Source of the DNA: Eledone cirrhosa
Taxonomy: Eukaryota
NCBI GenBank assembly: GCA_964016885.1
Contig: OZ024753.1
Coordinates: 2,728,001-2,792,000 of the forward strand
Reading direction: 5' to 3'
Length of the DNA: 64,000 nucleotides
Part shown: positions 1 to 13,349 of the stretch, piece after piece
How the letters are laid out: each line of letters starts with the position of its first letter
How positions within the stretch are numbered: the stretch's first letter is position 1
Notes under the pieces: generated by a model
Told to the model about the DNA's origin: nothing
Database searches by the model: none
What the model saw: the letters and a program-made list of their open reading frames with translations, nothing else
Translations under genes and position numbers: made by a program

Positions 1-1020
1 ATGCTATATTCTTACTTATATATTTGTCACCTCTTCTAACTTAAGTGTTGTTATCTATTATATTTATCTTTAAGTCAAGAAGCGAACATACTCGAGAAAG
101 AGCTACATGTAATTGGCTGTGAGAAAATACTCATTCAAGAAGAAATAATGCAACTTTCTCAAATGAGAATGAATAATTGTTGTTCAAAACTCTAAATGTA
201 TTACAAAACTGACTGATCTCTCTCTAACATGAGAGGCAATTTGGCATCACATGAGCAGAATGTGGTCCATGGAATTAAAACCTTTGATCCTGATTTTGCA
301 TTATTAATCAACTCTTTTCAGCAGGAATTGTGTAGGTTAGTAATCTTCATTCTTGTTCCATTGTATAATTCTTGGAAGCCTAACTATTGCATCATGCTTT
401 AAATTCAATTTATGAGGTGACATTCCAGATGGAGTCAGCAGGATCAAAAATTCAGAAGAATGGTTAGTTCTCTCTTCATCACTTCCTCATTTAATTAGAT
501 TAACACTTAGATATGGAACTATTTCTCTCAGAAATGATTCCAGAACTTGCTCATTAAATATTTACTAGTTGCTGTTTCTTATAGCCAATATTATTTGTGA
601 CACACAATATTGTAGTGTTGCATTGTAGAATAGCTTATTTATGAGAGAATATTTGAGTAAAGTCTTATTTAGAATCTTGATGACTTCAGATTCAGAAGTG
701 ATGCCTTCTGTAATAAGTCTTCTATCCTCAAGCTCAAACAAAAATGTGACAAATTCTCATTAGTCTTCTCTTGCATGTATATTTTGAATAAGTTTATATG
801 TTTTACTAAATGTCAAATAACAGGTTTCTTTTTTAGACACAAGATTTAGTTATTGCAGCTTTAGTATTTCAACATGAAGATAATTGACAAAATTTACCAA
901 ATAAAATCAGTTTTACAAAATTAAATCAGCTTGCAAATTTTGTGTTAACACTAGTGTAATCTCTTAGGCATCTATAAATAGCACTGTGAGGATGCACTGA
1001 AATGATGGACACTTTATCAA

Positions 1021-1122
1021 TAATTGTTTCTAATTTTGGCACAAGGCCAGCAATTACCCAGTGCATTACTGGTACTTTATTTTATTGAACCCGTAAGGAT
1101 GAAAGGCAAAGTTAACCTCGGC
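1021..1122 (-). mobile_element. tRNA-derived SINE, 3' half
   Basis: Reverse complement of the SINE core GCCGAGGTTAACTTTGCCTTTCATCC...AGTACCAG...GGCCTTGTGCC. Confidence 0.9.
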
Positions 1123-2197
1123 ATGAAGAAAGATACCTAAACTGAAGTTGAGGATATGCTGCAAACATTTATATGTATCATAAGGACATGCAGCTTTAAT
1201 TTAATAAAAATATTGAATGTTTCTTTTTCTTTTTTTGCCTTACAAAAGTAGATTGGTCGTAATTTCAATCTAGACTGCTCAAGAAACTAAATAATGTACT
1301 TGCTCTTACATAGTTGCAAAGGAAATTAAAAGTGAACATTTTCCTTATGGCAACACTAAAACAATTTGGCTGTATGGTATTACAAGTGTTGGCTCACAAA
1401 GCAGTGCTTATAATTGCAGTCACTATTTCTCTATGTGTGTTGGTTAGCTAATTCATATTGAATATTACTTGTACTTGTATCTTAGATATATTTGCATTTC
1501 CAAATCGCTCAGGTAAACCCACTCTTGAACTAGTTTGCATTTTCAATGAGAATATTATTAATTACATACAAAGCACCATTTTCCAATCTCACATAATCTT
1601 CTTCTTGTGATCCTCTTCAACGATTCTGTTTGTGTTTATTTGTCTTCCATTGCTAAATATTGTTTCCTTTTGTTCTCTATTCATATTTTCTCTTGTTTCA
1701 ATCAGCTACAGGTAGCACTGCCTCTCGTCTTCATTCATGCTAGAATGCCTTTCTTCTCATATTTGTAAACTGAACTGGTGTCAAATTTTGAATCCTTCCT
1801 CTTTTATTAATATTTCTCTGGATTTTCTAATTCATTTCTCTCCCTGTTTCTTTTTACATTTCCATTGTCAATATGTTATTAAAATTATTTTAAACTTGTT
1901 GAAAAAATAATGTATTATAGCAAATGCTTTAAGCAATCAGAAATATGGAATAGAACTGAAGATATAATCTATCTTTAATATTATTCTACAACAGTGAGGC
2001 TGTATTGGAAAAGCTTTAACAAATTTCAGCATACACTAATATATCCAGAGAAAAGTACATATGACTAAAATAGAACTTACTGTCCCAGTGAACAGAACAA
2101 AGTAGCTACCCCATTGAACTGTGGATTATTAAACAAATTCATAAGCAACATAGATGTCCATCTCACACTAACATGGACAACTAATGTAAAACAATGA

Positions 2198-2352
2198 TAA
2201 TTGTTTCTACTTTAGGTACAAGGCCAGCAATTTGAATTTGAGAGTAAAGTTGATTTAACCAACTCCAATATGCTACTGGTGCTTTATTTTATCGACACCG
2301 TAAGTACAAAAGGCAAAGCTGACCTTGGTGGGATTTAAACTCAGATTGTAAA
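2198..2352 (-). mobile_element. SINE, degenerate
   Basis: Same family motifs, diverged. Confidence 0.75.
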
Positions 2353-2511
2353 GGGAATTTATGAGTATGTAAGTGTGTGTGTGTGTTAGCATAGTCCTTA
2401 TTATATTTATTTGTAACATCTCCTTTTATATAATACAAAAAAGGGAAATTTCCACATCCATGTTCCTTTTTATCAGGAGGCTTTGAGCCCAAGAGAGAAA
2501 CATATGCAGCA

Positions 2512-2680
2512 ATTAAATGGCACATCATTGACAAGGCAGCCACTAATTCTACCTGGGACTGCAGCTTCCAAATATGCACCTGTGAGAAGCTTCACATTAT
2601 GCAGCAACTGGTAGTATCAATTAACAAGAAGACTGTCAACAATGTGCTGCCACTAGAGAAACACTATGTTAACCAATTTC
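2512..2680 (+). mobile_element. Penelope-like element remnant (GIY-YIG C-terminal region)
   Basis: IKWHIIDKAATNSTWDCSFQICTCEKLHIM...INKKT...LTNF fits the I-x-W-x-I...C-x-L-C-x-x-EK...LNK pattern at the end of Penelope/Neptune ORFs. Confidence 0.6.
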
Positions 2681-3139
2681 AGGCTATCTCACAATGACCA
2701 ACTAAGCTCCTCCATACCAATGTGTATGAGGTGGGTAGACATCCTGCACCATCAATCTAGCATATCATGTATTTCAAAAGAAAACCTGCATTATTTCTAC
2801 AACAATATCAGATATATCAACTGCAGGCCTGCATTAATCCCAGAGTGTCATCAGATATGCAAAAAAAAAAAAATAAATAACAGCTATATAGTCACTGATG
2901 CCATTACTCAGGCACGCCTACTGTTTTTCTACATGATGAGATCAAAATCCTCTCATCCTTACTACCTATTAAAATGTTGGTTTTTGCTAAGTATACTCCG
3001 TGCCTCTTTGAGTATGTATGTGCATATATATGTATATATGTGTGTGTATGTATGCATGTATTTATGTATGTATGTATGTATGTGTATGCATGTAGATATG
3101 TAAGTATACATGTATTTACATATGCCTACACACACACAC

Positions 3140-3171
<32 letters not shown>

Positions 3172-3652
3172 GTGTGTGTGCTAGCATCCTTGAAGAATGT
3201 ATCAAAGACTGAAAAATCTGATATTATAGTGTAATTTATTGCTAAATGTTTGTGTGAGAAGGAAGTTTAGAATATCAGTTGAAACGTGATAAAACATTAT
3301 GTTATAATAGATGATACTAGGTATTAAAAGGGTTAGTAGCTAAAGCAGCAAGTTGGAAACAAGCATATACAATGTAGATTAATATTTTTTTCCTCTTATT
3401 TTATATATATATATTTTTTTTTTTTGTCCCCTAATTTGGGGAAAAAGAATGAAGAAATCTGCAGAAAGATAGAATTTACTATTAAATAAAACAAAAATCT
3501 ATAACATCTGAAATTGCACATTTGGAAAGGAGATGAGAAATTGGTGAAGTACAGCATCAGCAGTAGCAAGAGCAGCAGTAGCAACAGGAGGAGGAGGAAG
3601 AGATTGGGGTGAAAAACCAAAGAAATCAACAACCAAACTATCACGTACTCAC

Positions 3653-3943
3653 CATAAGAGTCTACAACTTCCACTTTAAAACGTCGGATCGCATATAATG
3701 CGCTATTCTTACAAGAGTACGCCCCAGAATCTTCATATTTAGCATGTAGGATAGAAAAGACACTGAGAAGCATCCGTTGGGGTGGCATAGGGTAATGATT
3801 GATAAATATGTTCTCCTTAGAGTTTTCTGTGAAGAGCTTATCTTGCTTGAACCAGTGGATAGAAGTAGCTTGCGTTTTCTTGTGTCTATCAGTAATGTTA
3901 CACAGAAGTTTTACGGGGTTGCCAATCCTCACACTGACCACAT
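3653..3943 (-). CDS. Internal coding exon, immunoglobulin domain, paralogous in layout to exon A (exon B)
   Basis: Acceptor CCTGTCTTCCCCTTTAG|AT, donor TATG|GTGAGT, 291 nt, phase 1-1. Translation xVVSVRIGNPVKLLCNITD...SIHWFKQDK...LLSVFSILHAKYEDSGAYSCKNSALYAIRRFKVEVVDSY has the C...WFK...DSGAYSC Ig signature. Confidence 0.88.
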
Positions 3944-4360
3944 CTAAAGGGGAAGACAGGGGACAAAAAAAAAGCTTGGTCTAACAATCAACTAATAATA
4001 TTATGATGCAAGGGTTTAAAAAAAAAGTTACAAAAATAGGCACAAACATTAAATAAAACATTAAATAAAAGAAATTGCAATAAATAAGTAAAAATAAAGA
4101 ATGTGAAGGAAAAATAAACAAAATCATCTACGCAACAAAAAATATAGTGAATATATTAGCAAAATGAAATTATGACTACCTTAGCAATAATAGTTATAGG
4201 AGAATACATACATATGAATATAGTATATAAGAATGGAATACACATTTACAAACATGCATTTATACAACATTGAAATTTTACCTATGAAAATGCATATGTA
4301 CTTATATATAGCACTCTCTTATGTTTAGAGGAAAATGTTATGTTTATAAATGTGTTCTTT

Positions 4361-4393
<33 letters not shown>

Positions 4394-5430
4394 ATGTATA
4401 TATATGAATGAATGAAACAGTTCTAGTTATGTAAAATTCATTTTTATGAAATGAATATGTCTATAATCTACTAACGTATAGAGTAGCTTTTTTGACAATG
4501 GTTGCCTTCCGATTTACATCGGAAACCTACATATAATATATACACACACACACATATATATATATATATATTATATATTATATATAATATATATATATAT
4601 ATGCAAAAGTTCTATTTAAATTGTTGGGATACAACAAGCAAATATTTTTATAACTGATATAAAGCACTCAACAAATAATTGGACAAATGGAAACTATATT
4701 TATAAAACCATATTTATTTCATTATACATATTTCAAGGACACCAAGTTAAATTATGGTGTGCTTTCATCAGATAAAATATAATATAGAGCAGTTTTATAA
4801 ATAAATATTGACATACCCTTAAAGAATGCAACCATTACTGTTGGAAGCTCCCGGATAGTGGAGGTATATTTATACTTATAGTATTAGGTAAGTTAGTATT
4901 GGATATTTTTAAATAAGCCGTTGGGTTATTTAAAAATATCCAATACTAACTGTATATATATAACACATTTAAATGTGTATAACATTTTAGCACACAAAGT
5001 GATACAAGTAGAAGAAATTGTGAAGAAAAGTGACCTCATCTCATCAAGGATAGTAAATGACAATGATGAAGATGCTAACTGCAATGAGGAGAATTTGTTA
5101 AAAAAATTTATCTCATCTCACCAAGAAAATAAAATAAATGGCGCAATGGTGGACATGGAAACAAATTGGAAATTGCAATAGTTTTCAGTTGTTTACAGAT
5201 TTGATAATGAAGCCACATGTGTTATTTCCTATGGTGGCATAAGGTCAGATATTCTCAAAGAATGAGTTACAAGAGTCAACTGAGTCAACCCCTAGTGTAT
5301 TCATGATATGTTCTTTACAGACCATCATAGGGATAAAAGATAAACTAAAATACGGTGCTTGAAATCTGAATATAAATGAAACAAAAAACTTGTTAGTCAT
5401 TTCATCATACCACAGCCATTAGTATTAAAG

Positions 5431-5850
5431 GGCGGTGGATTGGCAGTATCGGTAGAGGGTTTGACGCCATGCTTTCCAGCATAGTTACGTCCCATTACGA
5501 TCTGAGTTCAAATCCCGCCGAGGTTGACTTTGCCTTTCATCCTTATGGGGTCGATAAAATAAGTACCAGTAATGCACTGGGTAATTGCTGGCCTTGTGCC
5601 TAAAGTAGAAACAATTATTATTATTATTATTATTATTATTATGGCAGTATCGGTAGAGCATCAGACACCATCTGCTGCAGCATAGAGTTACAGTCCTTTA
5701 CATTTTGAGTTCAAATCTCGCTGAGGTTAGCTTTGCCTTTCATCCTATGGGGTGGGTAAAATAATGCACCAGTAATGCACTGGGGTTCATTTAATCGATT
5801 TTCCCCTCCTTCAAATTGTTGGCCTTGTGCCTAAATCAGAAATCATTATT
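5431..5850 (+). mobile_element. Two head-to-tail tRNA-derived SINEs (5431-5641 including (ATT)n tail; 5642-5850)
   Basis: A-box TGGCAGTATCGG, B-box GAGTTCAAATCC and Nin/Deu-like core GCCTTTCATCC...GGTCGATAAAAT..GTACCAG. Confidence 0.92.
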
Positions 5851-5902
5851 ACTATTATGATTATTTTAAATCTTATTGTAATTATTTCATGATGATAATG
5901 AT

Positions 5903-6772
5903 AATGGTTTCTGATTTAGGCACAAGGCCAACAATTGTGGCGAAGGGAAATTTGAATAAATCCATCCCAGTACATTATTTTCTTGACCCCATGAGGATAA
6001 AAGGAAAAGCAAACCTCAGTGGTATTTAACATCAGAATGTAAAAAGTCATAACTTTATGCTGCAAAGGAATAATAATAAAATAATTACTATTATTATAAC
6101 TATAACACTAATAAATGGATGTTTGAATATATTCAGATATTCAGTTGGATAAAAAAAGAGTATTATGAGCCATTTAAATGAGGCATTTAGAAGAGAATAC
6201 TTCCTACTTCTCTCTAATCAGTAACACTGACTTGTTTTAATAATATTGTGATATGTTTTACAGAACCTACACTGTGTTGCTAAAGATTAGAGCTTAGAGA
6301 AACTAGGAAATTACTTTATATAATTACTTTGAAAATCACTTCTATTTTTACACCCAAATAATGTGTGTAGTTATTAGTAATAATAATTGTTTCTACTTTT
6401 GGCACAAGGCCAGCAATTATATCAACGCATGACTGGTACTTTATTTTAACGACCCCATAAGGATAAAAGGTAAAGTTAACCTCAGCGGGATTTGAACTCA
6501 GATCATAAAGGGTCGTAACTCTATGCTGCAAAACATGGTGTCCGACTCTACCGATACTACCAATCCAAGTTATTAATAATAATAATTCTTTCTACTTCTG
6601 GCACAAGGCCAGCAATTATCCCAGGGTATTACTGGTACTTTATTTTATCGACCCTGTAAGGATGAAAGGCAAAGTTAATATCGGCAGGATTTGAACTCAG
6701 TCCGTAAAGGGACATAAATGTGCTGCAAAGCATGGCGTCCGACCCTCTACCGATACTGCCAATCCACCGCCC
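5903..6772 (-). mobile_element. Three minus-strand SINEs (5903-6066, 6385-6567, 6584-6772)
   Basis: Reverse complements of the same SINE consensus. Confidence 0.9.
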
Positions 6773-8826
6773 TAAATAATAATTAATTATTAATAATAAT
6801 AATGAAATTATTTTGTACAGTTCTTAGGTGCACTACAACTCATCAAAGCTGTATGTATATTACATAGAATAATGTACAAACCTCAGGAAAATGAACAGTG
6901 TATGGTTCATGATATATACACACAGATACATGCGTGTGTATGGAGAGGGAATATCAGGTGTAGTGTTGGCGAATTTTATGAAGGTTAAGTATTAAAACTC
7001 TGAAATGTTTTAGCAGAGAATATCTAAAAGTAGGTTTGTTAATTTAAATGTCTATTGTATCTTTACTGGTGGAGAGATAAGAGTAAGTTTGTTGCATAAG
7101 TTTGCTTGAGGGATATTGGAATAAGAAATGCAAATTTAAATAGGTTTAAATATTTGGAAGCCCAACAATGTGTGCAAGATTAAAGACTGATTCTTAATGG
7201 AAAAACAAACATAAAATGATGAGAATAATGCAGTCATAGAGATGTTTTGTACTTTTTGGTAATGTCTTACTAATAAAGTTTCATGTAGTTTGGGACTTTA
7301 TGTAACACCTAGAGCATGTTCTACAGATGACTATTCATGTCAGAAAAGAAGAGAGTTACATAATTATATCATTTTTACAGCAGCATTTATATGCTAGCAT
7401 GGGTTGGACAGAACCTTTTGAGGCAGTATTTTAGTTGCTAGGTGCTATTCTTGATGCCAAACATTTTAGTTATGTCTTAAGATATAAAGCTAGAATACCA
7501 ACTATTTTGATTTATGATTATGAAAATCTTCAATATTCTATAATCAATCTAGAATCTCTACATATATTTTGAAAATAGGCAATATCTACAGGGCATGTGG
7601 TGGGGTCATGAAAGACTTATTAACTTTCTTAGAGTTTGCTAGTAGTAACAAGCAAGATTAACTATTCATCTCTCCTTCCATCGACTCCCCTCTCTCTCTC
7701 TTTCTCTCTTTTTGTATTTCTTGTCTTCTGTTTTTTTTTTTGTTCAATAGATTTAACATTGTTCTCAATAATGAGATATTGATTTTCTTGATTCTTTTCA
7801 CCAATTCTTTTTATTTTCTATTTTTATGCACCAGCAATTCACCATAGTGCAGCAGTCCAGTGCAGTGTCAAGGTGGACATTGCATGGGAAGACCTTCATA
7901 ACTTATACAATTGATGGAAAGTGGGAGGAGGAGGAGGAGGAGGAGGGGGGGGGGAGGGGGAGAAGGAGAAGAAGAAGAAGAAGAAAGAGAGAATGTCATT
8001 GATGTTAGGAACCATTTTTAGTGTTCTAAATCCATGTAGAAATAAATAGCTTAAACATTACAAAGACAAACAGTAAGATTCCTTAGGATTTTTCTAATTC
8101 TCTCAAGAATTTCAATTATCACTGGTTTTAGTTAATAATTCAAAGAGCCAATTTTCTCAAAATTAATTTGGTTCTTCTAATTTTCTTGTTTGTTTCTTTA
8201 ACATTTTACATCCAATTTCTCAGGTTGATCAAATCAACATATTTAAACGTTTGCACACATTGGCTTAAATTTAAATGTTGTTACTGATTGATATCTTTCA
8301 TTACATTAACCAGTTTAATCATGGAATGGAACTGGTATCTATCTACCAACTAGAGCACAGCAAATGTGATTAAACTGTGTTTTCCAGAGACATAAAACAT
8401 TTCTGCAAGTGATCAATAAAATCAGCCTTTGATCAATCAAACATTGCATTGATTACATAAACTTCCTCTATATAGCTTCAATTGCACAGATAGTATATCA
8501 GATTATTTTCTAGCTATTGCTAATAATACACTGTGTGTCCAATTTAGATTAGCTACAACCTATCACTGCATTTTGTAAGAGTTGACTCCAGGCATTGCCA
8601 CCAGAATGATGGGGTATCTGGCTATAAAACATTGCTTCCAAAATGACCCCATGATGAGTATAAAACCTCACATACGGACTGCAATGTTAATCTCTCCTTT
8701 ACTAGGGAAAATGGCCTTAAAATACATGATCTGTGGTACAGCTTATAATACTTGCCTTACCCCTACAGATATAATGTATATATATAAAATATATGTGGTG
8801 ATGTATTGTCTATAATACTTCCCTCA

Positions 8827-8866
<40 letters not shown>

Positions 8867-9167
8867 TAGATGATGATGATGATGATGATATATATATATA
8901 TATATATAAAGGAAGGTATAAACTCAATCAGAATGGCTAGCAATTTTGGCTTGCATGTAACAAGCCTTCTCAAGGCAACTCATCCTGTTTTGGTTTATGC
9001 CTTCCTTTCTACTCCCTTTGCTTCCCATGTGTAGAGTACTACCCTGATGTGTGGTCTCCCTGGTCTCGGCACTGCAGACTTTCAATATATATGTAGTAAT
9101 AATAAATACAATGACCAAAATCTGAAGAGGACTCAATAAGGATTATATATATATATATATACAAAAA

Positions 9168-9200
<33 letters not shown>

Positions 9201-9454
9201 CGTAGAGCCAATATTTTACAGATTAAAAGTTTAAGCAATAAATTACTGCTTTCACCATAAGCAGGATCATCTGAAATGTTTTTAGATGATCCCACTTAGG
9301 GTGAAAGCTGTAATTTACTGCTTAAAATTATATATATATATATTGGAAAATGTGTGAAATCCTTGGTACAGTTAGGTATATTTGAAAAAAGGAAAAGAAT
9401 GGCTTCACTTGTAGTTCTAAACAATTTGATTTAATTTTATAATATTATAATATT

Positions 9455-9697
9455 ATCATGTTTCTAATGAAACACATTGCCTATGAGTTTTTATTAGTTT
9501 TGAAACTATTCAAGTATTTGGAAGAATTTAGTAAAATAACTTACTCTTTCATGATTAAGATGCAATAAAACAACTTTAAAATATCTTACTTAGAATTATG
9601 ATGGAAGGTTTAAATTTAAAAACGAACACATTAAAATAAATAGCTTTGTATCACGGAGCCAATGAGGTTTCAGGTAAGCTGGTATCAAAATGGTTAA
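9455..9697 (+). mobile_element. Decayed TTAA-type MITE family 2 (related pieces at ~20714-20868, ~35210-35556, ~39480-39650)
   Basis: Shared motifs ACCATATTTCTAATGAAA, ATGGAAGGTTT and a terminal CAGGTA..TGGTATCAAAA.GGTTAA. Confidence 0.5.
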
Positions 9698-10079
9698 AGA
9701 GAAGAGTATTTAATTTGCAGCAATATTTAGGAACTGTTTCAGAATTCAATATATTTACAGAGTATTATCACTTAAATATTCCAAAAGAACAGCATGGAAT
9801 CCTTATTTGAGTAGAAAGATTTTATTTGCTTTTAACCAATATTGCAAAGGACAGTCATTTTCATTTAATTATCATAAATCAAACCCCTTCTACATAAGCA
9901 GTAGAATGTATGGTGGAACAGAAATTGGTCTGAATTATTAAGGTGATTATCAATTAAGCCTTATCATAAACCACTTGGTATCATAAAATAATCCTGGTTT
10001 TATGAAACAAAACTGCTTGTTTCAAAGATATCATCATCATTTTATATCTACTTTCCATACATGTATAGGTTGGATGTGT

Positions 10080-10436
10080 TGACATGGCCTGAGACTAGTG
10101 GATGAGAGTATCCTGTCTTGCTTGTACAATCCATATTTAGATTTAAATCTTTCATATGTACAAGGGGGCATTCTCCCCCATAATCTTGCTCCATCAATGA
10201 TTTGGCTGCCCTTCCACCCTAGCTTTACAATGAATTTAATGTTTTGATGAACGCCATCTTGCTTGAGTGGGTGCTGACTTCTGACTGGCAGCACAGCATT
10301 GCAACATGCATTTAAGGAATCATGTTAGAACATGTTATGACACGTTTGTACGAGAACGTACAGGTGAACTGAGATCAAAATCCTTGCATATGATTTTTAG
10401 CTTTGTACTTTTCCATGAACTTTTAGTGCCCCCTTG
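10080..10436 (-). mobile_element. Mariner (irritans/Hsmar2-like) 5' remnant with one TIR
   Basis: Minus strand begins TA-CAAGGGGGCACTAAAAGTTCATGGAAAA, resembling the Hsmar2/MADE2 TIR. Translation NIKFIVKLGWKGSQIIDG resembles the Hsmar2 transposase N-terminus NIKFMVKLGWK (recalled from knowledge, not aligned). Confidence 0.75.
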
Positions 10437-11568
10437 TATATGTAAGAAACCTTTTCTTAAGTTATGTTCAAATATCAGGTTAATAATTAAAAAAGTTAAA
10501 GCTATATTACTAAATTCCTACAAATATACCAAAACACATTGGCAATGTATTTCATTAAATATATATAACAAAAGAGTTAAATATACTTATGAGAATTACA
10601 AATACATTTCTGTGTAATTCCTGCCTTGCCATAGATAATGTCAACTGGAATCTACTTCATCTACCATGGTATTAAGTGATTGAAAAACATATTTCTCTGG
10701 AGATAGGAACTAATAGAGGAATTTCATCAGCTAGATAACAAAATAAAGCCAAACATCCAGTTATAATATCTCTCAGAATGTAGTACCTCCTGCACATCCC
10801 TGAAATTAAATCTCAACTATTGGCTATTAAATATATTTCCCAAAGATACAAATCAGTGCTGGTAATGTGATCTAGATAATTCATTTTTCAACCATTAGAC
10901 TAACATGAGTATCGATTTAGAAATCTGCAGTTCCTAATAATCACAGTGATAATCCTATTGCCCAGTTTGATAATTCAATACAGTCATACATATCATGATA
11001 TCACAAACCCCCCAAAAAATTTATTGGTGGATGAGAAATATGTTTACTTTCTTCCTCACTAGGTTTTAAGTGAAAGGAGAAAATTCCAGTAAATATAAGT
11101 TATTGAGGAACCCCTATTTTTTTTTACTTTTATTTTCTATTCATATTCAATTAGTCATCTTCCTAAACTGAATAATCGTATGGATAGATTTGATTCACAA
11201 ATGAATAATTCACCTTTCTTCCCATATTAAATGCTATAATTAAAACTAGCATATGCTGCTTTATCAAATATTCTTGAAATGTTAAAATGATTTATAGCTT
11301 TTACTGAAGTTGGTGTAATTGTTTGTACTTAAGGATTTCGAAATTGCCTTAGATTTTGAGAATATATTCAACTTGAAACAGGCAGCAAAATTAGGTTTTC
11401 ATAAATTTTCACAATGCTTTCAGCCATCAACACACTATGATGAAACTAGCACAATTTAGATGTTGTTGTTTTTTGTAGTTGTTTAATTTTGCCTCTGAGA
11501 AAATGGTTTCCAAGTTGTGTTGCCAGAGTAAGCCCCTACATAGATTTATGTTATTATTGATATCATAA

Positions 11569-11790
11569 GGGAAGTGGAGTAGTAGAATCATTAGAGCATC
11601 AGGCAAAATTATTTGCAGCACTTAGTTACATACAGCCTTTTATGTTTTGAGTTCAAATCCTGCCGAGTTCAACTTTGCCTTTCATCCTTCCAAGGTCAAC
11701 AAAATAAAGAACCAGTAACAAACTGGGTCTATATAATTGACTCCCCCTCTCTACAAATTGCTGTTCTTGTGTCTCAATTAGAAATCAATT
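11569..11790 (+). mobile_element. SINE, older subfamily
   Basis: B-box GAGTTCAAATCC plus the core motif. Confidence 0.8.
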
Positions 11791-12955
11791 GATATATATA
11801 TATATCTATATCTATAATAAAGTCCTTTCCTCTGCTTTAAGAGGAGATAATTACATGTCTATGTATCTTTTTTTTTTTGAAGCGGATATAAAAACGATGA
11901 TGATAATGATATATTTGTGTGATCATATTTAACTTTGTTCCTCACTCAGCCTGAGTGTATATGTGTTATATCTAGCATACACTGCTAATATATAAATATA
12001 GGTATATAAGAATTGATACAACTATCAAACTGTGAAGAAAATTAATTAATTAAAAGTGCAGTACAAAGCATTTTGGCATAATTTGAAGTGTAATATGTAT
12101 ATATTTTTAATATACATACAATTTTAGCCTTTCTGCAAAACATAAACAGTGGTTATACCACAGGTGGATAGTAAAAGTGAAATAGATCTACTCCACATTT
12201 TCCTCCCATGTAGAGATAAAATCTCTGATATAATCATTTTGTTTACTTTTCATGGTGAGTCTAAAAGTGTATGTTTATTAGAAAAAATAATATACATTAC
12301 ATTTCAAACTGTGCAGTAAATGTGTAAATGTATTCATGAAAATGTACGTCTTTAATGCTTTTATCATTTGATATTATATATTGTGTACATGTAAGTTAAA
12401 ATATATTTTAACACATTCATATGTATGTATTCAGTGCATCATCTACAGTAAAAATCAAAACACCAAATAAATAAATATACATATATACATTACAAATATA
12501 TAACTAAGTCTAAAAGCAGGCTTCATTGTTGTCATCATTTCAATTATATTAAATTCCAATGAAGCTGACCAAAAAAATAAAAGTAAAAAAAACAAAAACA
12601 ACAGTGCCAAATTCAATACATTTACAAGGGATATGTGAACAGATACTAGTGTTGATTGTATAAATACTTGTTGTTGTCAAGTGATTCAATGGCCCATTGG
12701 TCTAGCTTGGTGATTTGACTGACAGCTATTACATGCAAAATATCTAAGATTTTAAGTGAATTTCAAGAACCATTCAGTGGAACTATTGCTCCATTCAGTT
12801 ATTTAATTATAACTATATCTATCATCTCTTACCCAAGTAAACAAACCTTTTCTAATTAGTCAGCAAGTCAATTAATTTCTACTTGAATAAGCATGTTTTT
12901 AAATCTTTATATCAGTTTAGTTAGAGATATAGAATTGTTTACTTGTGAGATTTAA

Positions 12956-13176
12956 CCCTTTAGCATTTACATTACTCTATATTTACTATTGTATTTTCAT
13001 GCTAAATATTTTATCTTACTCAATTATCTCACATAATATCGAATCTACGAGATTTTGATATTATATATTTTGAGAACAATACCATAACATAAGTATGAAT
13101 GACTGGTTACAGCTGGTTTGAACAGAAAGAGGTGACAGAATTCTGGCCGTATATGGCTGGTTTAAATGCTAAAGGG
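12956..13176 (+). mobile_element. piggyBac-like MITE family 1
   Basis: TTAA-CCCTTTAGCATTTA ... TAAATGCTAAAGGG-TTAA: perfect 14 bp TIR with TTAA TSD. Confidence 0.85.
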
Positions 13177-13349
13177 TTAAAACTAAAACCTTTAAAGTTT
13201 AGTTTTGTTAGTGATATATTAACACTGTTAAAGTATAAAATAATTGAGATGTTATAAATATTGCAATGTGTTAGTTATTTTATCAGGCAAACCACATGCT
13301 GGCAGATGACAATTGTATCTGTTGTTAAATAGCCTAAAAAATCTTGGTA

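Noticed and set aside
2081-2118. 38 nt minus-strand mini-exon (CCACAG|TTCAATGG...GGGACA|GTAAGT) downstream of exon B
   Set aside because: Splice dinucleotides fit, but the pyrimidine tract is poor and the peptide is unrecognisable; such matches arise by chance.
3396-3652. Hydrophobic poly-Leu extension of the exon B ORF as a TM segment
   Set aside because: Lies beyond a consensus GTGAGT donor and derives from a CAG/GAG-type simple repeat. Intron read-through giving a membrane tail is possible but unsupported.
5431-5520. tRNA gene suggested by A/B boxes
   Set aside because: No cloverleaf; it is the tRNA-derived head of a SINE.
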